Shown here piece after piece: positions 1 through 9,389 of a DNA stretch of 64,000 nt (the stretch's first letter is position 1; each line of letters starts with the position of its first letter). The stretch comes from Candidatus Pyrohabitans jungbluthii. Its GTDB lineage: Archaea > Hydrothermarchaeota > Hydrothermarchaeia > Hydrothermarchaeales > BMS3B. The DNA is taken from the NCBI GenBank assembly GCA_002010065.2, contig MTMD02000014.1, forward strand, positions 1 through 64,000. The letters run 5' to 3'. The notes beneath the pieces are model-generated. The model was not told the origin of the DNA, made no database searches, and saw only the letters and a list, made by a program, of their open reading frames with translations. Position numbers and translations under genes: made by a program.

Positions 1-92
1 GCTAGCTTTTTCATATCATCAAGTTTGAAACTCCTAAAAGCGTCATGGTCTGTAATCAAGACTATGCAATCTGCATCCCTAAAAATCTCCAT
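1..92 (-). pseudogene. C-terminal (UDP-binding) fragment of a nucleotide-sugar dehydrogenase; runs off the window edge
   Basis: Manual translation MEIFRDADCIVLITDHDAFRSFKLDDMKKL matches the DAD-x-IV-x-x-TDH-x-x-F motif at the end of UDP-glucose/UDP-ManNAc dehydrogenases. An in-frame stop and the next gene lie directly upstream, so there is no room for the N-terminal domains. Confidence 0.55.
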
Positions 93-109
93 AGGCTCTT
101 ACGCACCTC

Positions 110-1075
110 CTAGATTATAACCATTACGACTATCACCATCTCTATAAATAATATTCCTGCAACAACTTTTACTTCGTTGTTTAAACCTGCCTTTATGAGT
201 AGGTGGGGCAGAGAATTAACATAGGGCGGCTTTACAAAATTGTTATTTTTGTCAGGCGTTGCAAAGCTCTCGCCTTTAAACTTAGTTCTTGCCTTTAACA
301 CAAATTCAAAAAAGTATGGAAGAAAGATAAGAAGTGCAATTTTTTCCATATTGCCAAGAATAGCTACACCTGCTATAAGCGAACCAACAGAGTAGGTCAA
401 CGAATCCCCCGGGAAAATTTTCGCTGGAAACCAGTTGTATCGAAGGAAGGCGAGCAGAGATAAAACCATACACCCCGCTATAATTGCAACCCACCCTAAG
501 TCAGACTGCCAGGCCACAAATCCCAGAGTGCCGAGTATAATCACCCCCATTCCTGCTTCTAACCCATTGTAGCCAGCGAGCATATTAAAGCCATTGGCAG
601 CGCCGGTGATGCCGAGAGGAATAATCATGAGAGGGTAAAGTATGCCAAAGTCGACGTTTCCAACAATAGGTAATACCATGGACGATTCGCCAGCGTTTAC
701 CACCATCATTGGCAGCGCCGCCACAAGGGTGAGCAACGGCTTCTGCCACTGCTTCAGCCCGATCTTCCATCCCAGCAGGTCGTCCAGCATGCCTATAATT
801 GTAATTATGAGCACCGTGGTAAGGGCGGCGAGGATATAGATGAGGTTTGCGCTTTGGTGAAAGTAGAAGGTGCTTAACCCGATGTAGTACAGCACTCCAG
901 CGACGAAGCCGCTCACCACGGCGATACCCCCCATTTCAGCAACCTCTGGTTTTGAGTACTTATTCATATCTCTGCCCACCAAACCAATGCGGCGGGCTGC
1001 CCTGATCCATGGAGGTATTAACACGTAGGTTACTGCGAAGCTTACCACAAAGGAAACCAAAAGGAGAGGCTCCAT
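110..1075 (-). CDS. Glycosyltransferase family 4 (MraY/GPT-like; UDP-GlcNAc:dolichyl-phosphate GlcNAc-1-phosphotransferase type)
   Basis: Polytopic membrane protein with GRDMNK, EMGG, GMLDD, NGFNMLAGYNGLEAG and IFPGD motifs. Confidence 0.9.
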   Translation of the reverse strand: MEPLLLVSFVVSFAVTYVLIPPWIRAARRIGLVGRDMNKYSKPEVAEMGGIAVVSGFVAGVLYYIGLSTFYFHQSANLIYILAALTTVLIITIIGMLDDLLGWKIGLKQWQKPLLTLVAALPMMVVNAGESSMVLPIVGNVDFGILYPLMIIPLGITGAANGFNMLAGYNGLEAGMGVIILGTLGFVAWQSDLGWVAIIAGCMVLSLLAFLRYNWFPAKIFPGDSLTYSVGSLIAGVAILGNMEKIALLIFLPYFFEFVLKARTKFKGESFATPDKNNNFVKPPYVNSLPHLLIKAGLNNEVKVVAGILFIEMVIVVMVII

Positions 1076-1324
1076 AGCGTATAATAGAAGATAAGAGGAT
1101 ATAAATAGTTGTTGCAGACAGAGAGATGCTCAGTCGATGTTGCTCCGTGTCTTAATCGGAGACAATATTCTCAAATCAGGCGGATACAATGGGGTTATCG
1201 TAGAGAAAAACCATGCATCGGTGTTCGCAGCGGCACCTGGGATACTGGAAGTGGGAATTTTTTCTCTGCTTTTTCCATTTACAATTTAAATTAAGAAATA
1301 TGTAACAAATTTAAAGTGATTGCT

Positions 1325-1744
1325 GTGAGCAGTGTAACTATTAGAATATCAAAAAAAGGACAAAATTAAACTTGAAGCCCTCTCAAGAGCCATCAATAGC
1401 TGGAGCTTGGGCAATACTTTAGCGAGGTTATGAAGTTTATAGATCAGCGCCTTCAATGAGAATGACAGATATCACTCTGATGCTTTTTTGATTTATTTTT
1501 CCGCCTTCTCCGGTAAATAGGGGGCTGTGAGTTGCCAGATTTTTGAGAAATATTATGAAAAAGTAGACATCAGTTTCACTGACGCAACAACCATCGCAAC
1601 GTAGGCCTGCTAGAAATTGGATATTTAACCAGCTTTGACGGCAAGAGTTTTGATCTAGTCAAAAATCAGATAGGAGAAGGATTCTGGGAGGGTCTGAGTA
1701 AAAGTAAGAGAGAAGAAATCTTGAAGAAAGAATCTTTACAGTAA
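1325..1744 (+). pseudogene. Degenerate AbrB/VapB-VapC toxin-antitoxin remnant
   Basis: 1325-1369 reads VSSVTIRISKKGQN* (AbrB-like start). 1536-1744 reads QIFEKYYEKVDISFTDATTIAT*, then in another frame LEIGYLTSFDGKSFD (PIN C-terminal SFTD and SFD motifs). The region is AT-rich. Confidence 0.6.
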
Positions 1745-1783
1745 AACTGTAAGGAATAATAAAAGTTATTAACTCCCTCTGAG

Positions 1784-3025
1784 CTATTTCTTCTTCCGCC
1801 ACAGGGCTGCCAGTAAAATTACAGCCATGGCCGCAATTCCAAGATAAGCCTTTTCTTTGTAGCCAGAAGCGGCAGAGGCTTCGGAGGCAGTCACTGTGAC
1901 TGGCACTGTAACCTCCTGAACGTAAACGCTGTCATCTCCAGCCTCGCTGTCTCCTGTGCACCTTATGCTCAGCCTGAGCCTGTACTCCTTGGGTATGGCG
2001 TCACTCTTTACAGTAAACTTCAGAGCAGCTTCGCCCTCATCTCCAGGCTCAAGTGTGCCTATGTAGTCGCTTCTCACGTCAAACTCAAAGGGCTGAGAAG
2101 CTTCGCGTATCACCCTTATATCTGTGTTCTCGGCTTTCTCCCCACCACTATTCTTCACACTTATTTTCAAGAGCACACTGTCACCTGGGGAGGGACTTTC
2201 CGGCTCCACGCTTACCCTCTGAACCTCAAAGTAGGGCTTTGGCTTCACAAGAATCTCAATCTCCTTCCTTTCAGTGTGCTCTTCCCCGGCGGAGTCCACA
2301 TAGCTCAGCTCAAGAGGCAGAGAGTAACGCCTTGCTTCAGCTTTTTCAGCCACATCAATCTGAAATTCAGCATTTACCATTGAGCTGGTCTGAACTGTGC
2401 CCAGGAAGGCTTCAGTGCTGCCAGAGGAGCTGGGCGAGAAGGCCTCAGGGAGGAGAAGTTTTGCCCTGAGGTTTCTTGCCTCACTCTCCCCAGTGTTGGT
2501 TATGCTCACCACAAGCTTCACATCCTTACCCCCGCTCCTTATTTCCGCAGGAACAGTGATAACATTGGCAACCCCCAAGTCGATGTTTCCCTTAACAAGC
2601 ACAGCCAGGTTTACTGTCTGAGACTTGGGATTGAGATACTCGTCCTTCCATTCTATGAGAAGGGGAACGTAATACACTCCTTCTTTTGTGCCGGGCTTCA
2701 CGTAAACCTTATAGCTCACATCCACCTCTTCATTCTGAAGTATGACACCAAAGTACTGCTCCGATGGGGTACCTTCCCTTACCTTACCCACATACTTCTT
2801 TGATGTTACAACGGGGTCTATGGGTGAGACATCGTCGGGATCAAGGCTTACTCTGGTGTAAGCTGCATAGTTGGGTGCCAGATTTTTGAGTGTAAAATTC
2901 AGCTCAGCCATGCTGTCGGGCTGTAAAACTGTAGGAGACACCTTGGTAACATAGAAGTCCGCATCCACTGCAAAGGCAACACCAAAGCTCAGTGCTATTA
3001 CCAGAATCCACAACATTCTCCTCAT
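1784..3025 (-). CDS. COG1361-type S-layer/CARDB-like Ig-repeat surface protein
   Basis: Signal peptide, three N-x-G Ig-like repeats, C-terminal TM segment with RKKK; in an operon with RND permeases. Confidence 0.8.
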   Translation of the reverse strand: MRRMLWILVIALSFGVAFAVDADFYVTKVSPTVLQPDSMAELNFTLKNLAPNYAAYTRVSLDPDDVSPIDPVVTSKKYVGKVREGTPSEQYFGVILQNEEVDVSYKVYVKPGTKEGVYYVPLLIEWKDEYLNPKSQTVNLAVLVKGNIDLGVANVITVPAEIRSGGKDVKLVVSITNTGESEARNLRAKLLLPEAFSPSSSGSTEAFLGTVQTSSMVNAEFQIDVAEKAEARRYSLPLELSYVDSAGEEHTERKEIEILVKPKPYFEVQRVSVEPESPSPGDSVLLKISVKNSGGEKAENTDIRVIREASQPFEFDVRSDYIGTLEPGDEGEAALKFTVKSDAIPKEYRLRLSIRCTGDSEAGDDSVYVQEVTVPVTVTASEASAASGYKEKAYLGIAAMAVILLAALWRKKK

Positions 3026-4152
3026 ATTTTTACCTCCTTTATTCTGTTAAGGATGAGAATGAGAGAGGGCACAAGAGTTAAAGCGGAGACCATGCAGGCT
3101 AAAACGCCGATGCTCATCACATTCGCCAGGTCCTTCATAAAACTGAGCTCGCCCATGCTCATAGCTCTGAAGCCGATAAGCGCAGCTAAGGTGGTCACCG
3201 CCATAGGCTGCATCACATTCTCTAGGGTAACTCTGAGAGCCTCCTCAGGCGTTGCCCTTGCGCTGCCGAAGTAGCCCTGCATCTCCTGGAGGTAGCGCCC
3301 TATTATCTGAATGGCAAAGTCTATGCCTATACCCATAATCATGCTCGCCACACCAGCCATGGTGGAGGAAATCTTTATTCCCATAAAGCCCATAAAACCG
3401 AAAGCCCAGAAGGTTCCCACGCTTACACTCAGTAGTGGGAGAAGGCTGAACCTAATTGAGTAGAGCACAACTGCTGTGAGGAAGAGAATTCCCACTAAGG
3501 AGAACTTCGTGGTATTCTGCATGTCCAGGGAGGTGTGCTCAAGGAAAACCTTTCTCATAGCCGGGTCGCCCGTGGCTACTGCCCTAACTCCTGGAGGAGG
3601 GGAAATGGAGGATATGGTGCTTTCCAAATCTTCCATGAACTCCTTTTCTCTGCCTTCAATATCGCTCATTCTCAGATTTATGAGCGCCATCTCTGCATCT
3701 GAGCTGACAAATCTACCACCCAATGGAGAGGCTTTTAGAATATCCTTTATCTCTTCAAGAGTGGTGGGAATTCTGCCGCTGCTCTCCAGAAGTAGGTCAA
3801 CATAGCTTGTGCTGCCTGTGATGCTCTCCAGAGATTCAGTCTTTTTCTGAAGTGCATAGATGTACTTGGCAACCTCAGGTTCGCGAATGTCCTTCACAGA
3901 GTGGGGCGAAGCCTGCTCGCCATCTATGAAAACCACAATGTACATGTTCTGTGAGCCAAAGAACTGGTCTTCGGCGATTTTAAAAGCCTTTATCACCTCT
4001 AAATCTTCTGGAAACATGTTAACAAAGGAAGATGCCTCAAGTTCAAGCTTTGAAACCTCATGGTATGCAGCAAAGCTCAGTAAAACTGCAATAAAGAGGA
4101 GAAGGAAGGGATGAGAGGTGGCGAAGGCTGCATATCTTTTAACGAGGCTCAC
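3022..4152 (-). CDS. MMPL/RND (HAE3-like) transporter, half-size subunit
   Basis: N-terminal TM, extracytoplasmic loop, 5 further TMs, GIGIDFAI motif. Confidence 0.85.
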   Translation of the reverse strand: MSLVKRYAAFATSHPFLLLFIAVLLSFAAYHEVSKLELEASSFVNMFPEDLEVIKAFKIAEDQFFGSQNMYIVVFIDGEQASPHSVKDIREPEVAKYIYALQKKTESLESITGSTSYVDLLLESSGRIPTTLEEIKDILKASPLGGRFVSSDAEMALINLRMSDIEGREKEFMEDLESTISSISPPPGVRAVATGDPAMRKVFLEHTSLDMQNTTKFSLVGILFLTAVVLYSIRFSLLPLLSVSVGTFWAFGFMGFMGIKISSTMAGVASMIMGIGIDFAIQIIGRYLQEMQGYFGSARATPEEALRVTLENVMQPMAVTTLAALIGFRAMSMGELSFMKDLANVMSIGVLACMVSALTLVPSLILILNRIKEVKI

Positions 4153-5264
4153 AGGCTACCCCTCCTGTCAAAGAAGGTGATAATCGCTGGGTTTACCACC
4201 ACAGCAGCTATGTAGCTGTAGAAGATTCCAAGGGCTAAAGTGGCACCCATCTTCTGAATCATGGGCATTGTGGCGAGAAGAAGGGCAAGGAAGCCGGCAA
4301 TGGTGGTGGAGGCTGAGCCAGTTATATTAAGCCCCACCCCAGGAACAATAACGCTTAAAATCTCCTCAGGTGTCCTGCCCTTCCTTTTCTCTTCCTCATA
4401 CCTCTTCATAACAAAAACTCCATACTCAACCCCAAGGCCAAGAATCATGGCGCCCACGCCGACGGTACCTATGCTCAGAGGTATGTCCAGCCAGCCCATG
4501 GTGCCCAGAGTCCAGACCACGGATAGGCTGAGAGGGAGGAATACCACGAAGCCCTTAAGTAAAGACCCCTGGGTTAAAATGAGGAGTATAAGGATAATTA
4601 TAGCGGCAATGCTGAGGGTGAAGGCGGCATCGCGAATGAGAAGTTCAAAGAGGGTGACTCTCATGAGTGGATTCCCTGTTAGGAGAATTTTTACCCCAGC
4701 GGGTTTCTCAAGGTTTTCAATATCTTCCCTTACCGCATCCACCAGGGCTCTGTTCCGCTTTTCATCACTCCCTATGTCAGAGTAGGCGTAGAGCACCGTC
4801 GCGGTGTAGTCTCTGCTGTAGAAGTCTTTAAGCTGAGGGATAAGCTCTAAAAATTTCCTGCTCTCCTCCAGGGTCTCAGGGATTCCGATTCTTGAGTAGA
4901 TGATATAGTGGGAGAAAACAGAGCTTATCTCGCGCTCCTCCTCCAGAGTTTTATGAAGCTCCGCCACCATTGAGAGAACCCTGGGGTCTCTTATGTCAGT
5001 CACCCTGTTAGGAGAATCGCTGTCTCTATCCAGCTGGACAATGATTACTATGCTGTCGGAGCTTCCAAACTTTTCACCCACCTCCTTCATCTTCTCAATT
5101 ACCTCAATGCCTGAGGGCAGCTCCTTGTTCAAGTCGGTCTGAAGCCTCATCTGGGGCACGCCCAGAAGCATTATTGCAGTGAAGATTAAGGCGGCTATGG
5201 TGAGGGCACTGTAGTGCTTTGCCTGAAATCTTCCAAGCCTGAGGAGAACAGCTCTCAGAAACAT
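4149..5264 (-). CDS. MMPL/RND (HAE3-like) transporter, half-size subunit
   Basis: Same topology, GLGVEYG motif; paralog of the neighbour (DIRDPRVL vs DIREPEVA). Confidence 0.85.
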   Translation of the reverse strand: MFLRAVLLRLGRFQAKHYSALTIAALIFTAIMLLGVPQMRLQTDLNKELPSGIEVIEKMKEVGEKFGSSDSIVIIVQLDRDSDSPNRVTDIRDPRVLSMVAELHKTLEEEREISSVFSHYIIYSRIGIPETLEESRKFLELIPQLKDFYSRDYTATVLYAYSDIGSDEKRNRALVDAVREDIENLEKPAGVKILLTGNPLMRVTLFELLIRDAAFTLSIAAIIILILLILTQGSLLKGFVVFLPLSLSVVWTLGTMGWLDIPLSIGTVGVGAMILGLGVEYGVFVMKRYEEEKRKGRTPEEILSVIVPGVGLNITGSASTTIAGFLALLLATMPMIQKMGATLALGIFYSYIAAVVVNPAIITFFDRRGSL

Positions 5265-5326
5265 ATTACCACTGCCAGTGGTTAATAGGGAAAAATAAAT
5301 AAAGCTTCGCGTATATAAATTTTTTT

Positions 5327-6061
5327 ATGAACACTGTGCAAAATCTGAAGCTCTTTGGGCTTAACAAATATGAAGCCCTCGCCTATATTCAGATCGTTAA
5401 ATCCGGCGTTGCCACAGCCAAGGAGGTGAGCAGAGGCTCGGGGGTGCCCTACTCTAGGGTTTATGATGTTCTTGATTCTCTTGAGAAAAAGGGCTGGGTT
5501 CTTGTGGAGACCTCAAAACCCCAGCGCTACAGAGCCAAAAAGATCGACACCATTCTTGAAGAGAAAAAAAGGGAGGTTATGGAGGAGCTTGAAGAGGCGA
5601 GAGAGGAGCTTATCAAGGAGCTTCTTCCCTACTTCAGTGAGGATATAAGAAAGGTGGGTGTGTGGACAATAAGGGGCGTGAAGTCAATTCACTCTAAGGT
5701 TTTGGAGATTATTAGCTCCTGCAGAGAGAGGCTTGACATTGTAGTTCCTTTCCTTCCTGAGGGCTTGGAAGATGAGATAAGTGAGATAGTGGAAATTATC
5801 AGGGAAAAGGTGAAGGCTGGGGTGAGGCTAAGAGTTGTAGCCGGGGAGAAGATAGTGGAAAGGCTGGACCCAAAGCTCTGCGAGGTTAGGGTTTCCGGGG
5901 AGCGCATGGGCTGGGTAATTCTAGCAGACTCGAGGGAGGTGCTCTATGCTGTGCCCTCTTCACCTGGAGATGAAGTTGGCATCTGGAGCAATGAGCCTGA
6001 AATGGTGCGCATCAGCGGAATTATGTTCAACTACCTATGGGAGGGCTCAAAGGAGGTTTAA
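5327..6061 (+). CDS. TrmB family transcriptional regulator
   Basis: GLNKYEA...SGVPYSRVYDVLDSLEKKGWV HTH followed by a PLD-like effector domain; divergent from the RND operon. Confidence 0.9.
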   Translation: MNTVQNLKLFGLNKYEALAYIQIVKSGVATAKEVSRGSGVPYSRVYDVLDSLEKKGWVLVETSKPQRYRAKKIDTILEEKKREVMEELEEAREELIKELLPYFSEDIRKVGVWTIRGVKSIHSKVLEIISSCRERLDIVVPFLPEGLEDEISEIVEIIREKVKAGVRLRVVAGEKIVERLDPKLCEVRVSGERMGWVILADSREVLYAVPSSPGDEVGIWSNEPEMVRISGIMFNYLWEGSKEV

Positions 6062-6171
6062 CAATCACCTCAGGGTTGCATGGGCTTTTTCCGAAGGGTT
6101 CATAAGATTTATATATTAGGAAAGTCTTTACAATAATATTGGGGGGAAATAATATTAGAGGGAGGAATTTC

Positions 6172-7638
6172 ATGAAAAAAGGATTAGTAGCGCTATCTTC
6201 GCTGCTGTTAGGTATTTTATTTATGGCGAATGCCGGTGCGACTGAGGCATGCATATCATGCCACAAGTCAGTCACTCCTGGCATAGTTGCCGACTACCAG
6301 CAGTCGAAGATGGCGGAGGAAGGAGTAACTTGCCTTGACTGTCACCAGGGCGACCCTGCTAAAGATCCCAGCGTAAGGGACCATAACGGCTACAAGATAA
6401 CTCCAGTGGTATCTCCGAAATACTGCGAGAGGTGCCACGAAGAGCAGGTAGAGCAGTTTTTAAAGAGTAAACACGCTTGGACGGCATTCATAGGTCCCCT
6501 GAAGCCCTGGTACAATGAGATGGTCAGCCAAGGCAAAGACCCGCTCAAGCTTGAGACAGCCTTGGCGAACAACCCCAGAGACTTCATAAGGGACAAGCTC
6601 ACACCGCTCTATCCAGACAGCGGTGCATTGAAGCGCGCTGGTTTGCTTGACCTGGAGAGCTACAACCACGAGAACCAGGTGCTGGGCTGTCTTGAGTGCC
6701 ACGGCAGCTACGTCATAGCCAAAGACGGCGAGATCCTTGACGGCTGGCCCAATGTTGGCGTGGGCAGGGTAAACCCAGATGGTAGCCTCGGCTCCTGCTC
6801 CGCATGCCACACTAGGCACAGTTTCAGCAGGGCAGAGGCAAGGAAGCCTGAAACCTGCGGTCAGTGCCACCTCGGCCCTGATCACCCGCAGATGGAGATA
6901 TACGAAGAGAGCAAGCACGGCAACATCTTCTTCTCCATGGAAGACCACAGCTTCCTTGAGGAAGAGGAGCTGACGCCGGAGAATACCCGTGCGCCTACCT
7001 GTGCAGTCTGTCACATGAGCGGCTTCAACGGAGCAAAGACCACCCACGATGTTGGGGCAAGACTCTACTGGGAGCTTCAGCCCAAGAAATCAGTGCCCCA
7101 GTGGGACGATCCCAAGCTTGTGCCTCTGGGCAAGCAGAAACCTGATGAGGAGCAGGCTAAGCGCGGAAGGGCAGAGATGAAGAGGGTGTGCAGAGGTTGC
7201 CACTCCCCAGCATGGGTGGACGGCTACTTTGAAAGCTTCGACAAGGTGGTTAATGACTACAACAAGGTCTACGAGTACACTGAGAAGCTCCTTAACACTG
7301 CGTACGAGGAAGGCCTAATAAGCAAAGATAACCCCATCGATGAGATTCCAGAGGTAATGTACTACTACATCTGGCACCATGACGGCAGGCGCTGGAGAAT
7401 GGGCGCCAGCATGATGGGACCAGACTGGACCCACTGGAACGGTGCAGTGGATGCGCTGATGGACAAGCTCAACATGATGGAAGAATGGATCAAGATGCAG
7501 CGAGAGAATAAGCAGCTTGAGGAGCGCGTTGCTGCACTTGAGCAGCAGAAGGGAGTGTGCGGTCCAACAGCGGTTGCAGCTTTAGCTCTGCTGCCACTCG
7601 CTGGCTATGCTACACTGAGAAGAAGAAGGAAGCTTTAA
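6172..7638 (+). CDS. Octaheme cytochrome c, HAO family, with CGP-CTERM-like anchor
   Basis: Eight CxxCH motifs; HAO-type GRVNPDGSLGSCSACHTRH and CGQCHLGPDHPQMEIYEESKHG; signal peptide; C-terminal GVCGPT-TM-RRRRK. ATG at 6172 follows GGAGG. Confidence 0.9.
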   Translation: MKKGLVALSSLLLGILFMANAGATEACISCHKSVTPGIVADYQQSKMAEEGVTCLDCHQGDPAKDPSVRDHNGYKITPVVSPKYCERCHEEQVEQFLKSKHAWTAFIGPLKPWYNEMVSQGKDPLKLETALANNPRDFIRDKLTPLYPDSGALKRAGLLDLESYNHENQVLGCLECHGSYVIAKDGEILDGWPNVGVGRVNPDGSLGSCSACHTRHSFSRAEARKPETCGQCHLGPDHPQMEIYEESKHGNIFFSMEDHSFLEEEELTPENTRAPTCAVCHMSGFNGAKTTHDVGARLYWELQPKKSVPQWDDPKLVPLGKQKPDEEQAKRGRAEMKRVCRGCHSPAWVDGYFESFDKVVNDYNKVYEYTEKLLNTAYEEGLISKDNPIDEIPEVMYYYIWHHDGRRWRMGASMMGPDWTHWNGAVDALMDKLNMMEEWIKMQRENKQLEERVAALEQQKGVCGPTAVAALALLPLAGYATLRRRRKL

Positions 7639-7661
7639 GCTTCCTACCTATTTTATTTTTT
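7627..7661 (+). terminator. Inverted repeat plus T-tract at the end of the HAO-like gene
   Basis: AGGAAGCTT-T-AAGCTTCCT (7627-7645) overlaps the stop codon and is followed by TATTTTATTTTTT. Confidence 0.5.
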
Positions 7662-7787
7662 AAAAATCTGCTTCCATTTTAATCATACACAGTGTGCTTA
7701 CCAGCTTCTAATGCTTTATCCCGAGTTCATTTAAAAAGAGTGTTATGGGTTGATTGACAAAACGGAAATTCATTGAGAGATGGAAAT

Positions 7788-8435
7788 TTAATCCTCACCC
7801 TTAACCTCCCTCTCCAGCTCCTCAAAGAAGAGCTTCATAAATCTGCTCCTGCGCTCTGCTATCCTTCTACCAGAGGCGGTGAACATCCTATCCTTCAGTT
7901 TTGATAACTTCAGCTCATACTCTGTGCGCGGTGAGTACTCTTCAGCGTTCATCCCGGGATAAAAGCGCTCTTTTTTGGGTTCTTCCTCCCACAGGCGCTG
8001 ACCATACCTGCCCCCGAAGAGGTACGCTCTGGCGATGCCAACCGCACCAGTGGCGTCGAGCTTGTCAGCGTCGCTTAACACCTTAGCCTCGAGGCTTTTG
8101 GGTTCTTCATTCTTCCTGAAGCGGTGGCTTCTAATACATTCGGCAACTCTCCGAGCGAACTCCTCGCTTAAACCACGCTCCAGGAGAAGTTGCCTTGCTC
8201 GCTCCGCAGACGCTACAGCGTGGCAGTCCACCTCTCCTTTATCCTCCCTCGCGCGTTCAATGTCATGCAGAAGCGCAGCGAAGCGCACCACCTCGAGGTC
8301 AGCGCCCTCCTCCAAAGCCAAGCGCACCGCAAGTTTAAGCACTCTCTCCACGTGGTCAAAGGCATGGGCACCGCCAGCCTCCATCTCTCTTCTTACGTAC
8401 TCGTACAGCTCCTGAAAAATTTCGTCAAAGCCCAT
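7788..8435 (-). CDS. HD-domain phosphohydrolase
   Basis: AH-x-x-DH, LLHDI, SHRF and DADKLDA motifs. Confidence 0.9.
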   Translation of the reverse strand: MGFDEIFQELYEYVRREMEAGGAHAFDHVERVLKLAVRLALEEGADLEVVRFAALLHDIERAREDKGEVDCHAVASAERARQLLLERGLSEEFARRVAECIRSHRFRKNEEPKSLEAKVLSDADKLDATGAVGIARAYLFGGRYGQRLWEEEPKKERFYPGMNAEEYSPRTEYELKLSKLKDRMFTASGRRIAERRSRFMKLFFEELEREVKGED

Positions 8436-8443
8436 AGTCTCGC

Positions 8444-9346
8444 CTAGAGAGTGGTAACCTCACACCCATCGCTGGTCACTATTACAGTATGCTCCGCCTG
8501 CGAAACTGCGCAGCGCTGCTTCTCCCTCAGGATTTTGTAGGCATATATTGCACCCGAGTATGCAAGCTCTCGGAGGGCGAAGTGAAGCTTGTGCTTGGGT
8601 GCGAGGTGAGCAATCCAGCGCTCCGCGAAGGGCAACGCACCAAAGTTTTCCTTCACGTAGGCGAGAATAAGCCTGGATTCTTTAAGCCTTAGAGGTCTGT
8701 CCTTCAGGTAGCGGAAGATTATCGCCTCGCTTTCGTCCACAACCCTGCCGAAGCCAGAGGTGGCGAAGGGTTCAATCGCGAAGACGTCGCCTTCGCGCAA
8801 AACGTCGCCGTGACGCGTTTTGATATTGGGGATGGTGATACCTCCATGTAATGAGTAGCGTCCCAGCTTGTGCCCCGTCAGGTTCTCCACAGGCTTAAAG
8901 CCGTAGCTTTTTATGGTCTCCTCAACCACAGCGCCTATTTCGTTGGTCTTTATCCCTGGCTTAATCACCTCTATTGCGCGCTGAAGTGCCTCTTCACTCG
9001 CCCTTATTAGCTCATTCTTATCTCCACCTACGACTATGCTTTTTGCAATATCTGCGATGTAGCCGTCGATATGCACGCCTATGTCAAGCTTTACCAAGTC
9101 ACCCTCTGCAAAGGTGGAGTCGTCCCAGGCGGTGGGTGAGTAGTGCGCTGCAATGTCGTTGACAGAGATGTTCACAGGAAAAGCCGGCTCCGCCCCTCTC
9201 TCCTTAATCTCTGTTTCCACAAAATTAGCCAGGTCGAGGAGCTTCTCACCAGCTTTAATCCTCTTCAGCGCTTCGCGCATAACTCGCTTTGCAATCTCTC
9301 CTGCTTTGACGTAGTTTTCATACGCTTCCTCTTCCATGCACACCAT
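8444..9346 (-). CDS. map: Methionine aminopeptidase type II
   Basis: AFPVNIS, AAHYSP, DIGVHIDGYIADIA, NLTGH, AIEPF and EHT motifs. Confidence 0.97.
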   Translation of the reverse strand: MVCMEEEAYENYVKAGEIAKRVMREALKRIKAGEKLLDLANFVETEIKERGAEPAFPVNISVNDIAAHYSPTAWDDSTFAEGDLVKLDIGVHIDGYIADIAKSIVVGGDKNELIRASEEALQRAIEVIKPGIKTNEIGAVVEETIKSYGFKPVENLTGHKLGRYSLHGGITIPNIKTRHGDVLREGDVFAIEPFATSGFGRVVDESEAIIFRYLKDRPLRLKESRLILAYVKENFGALPFAERWIAHLAPKHKLHFALRELAYSGAIYAYKILREKQRCAVSQAEHTVIVTSDGCEVTTL

Positions 9347-9389
9347 CTCTGCGCCTCAATTATATAAAGGTTGAAGCTAACCTAGTAAT

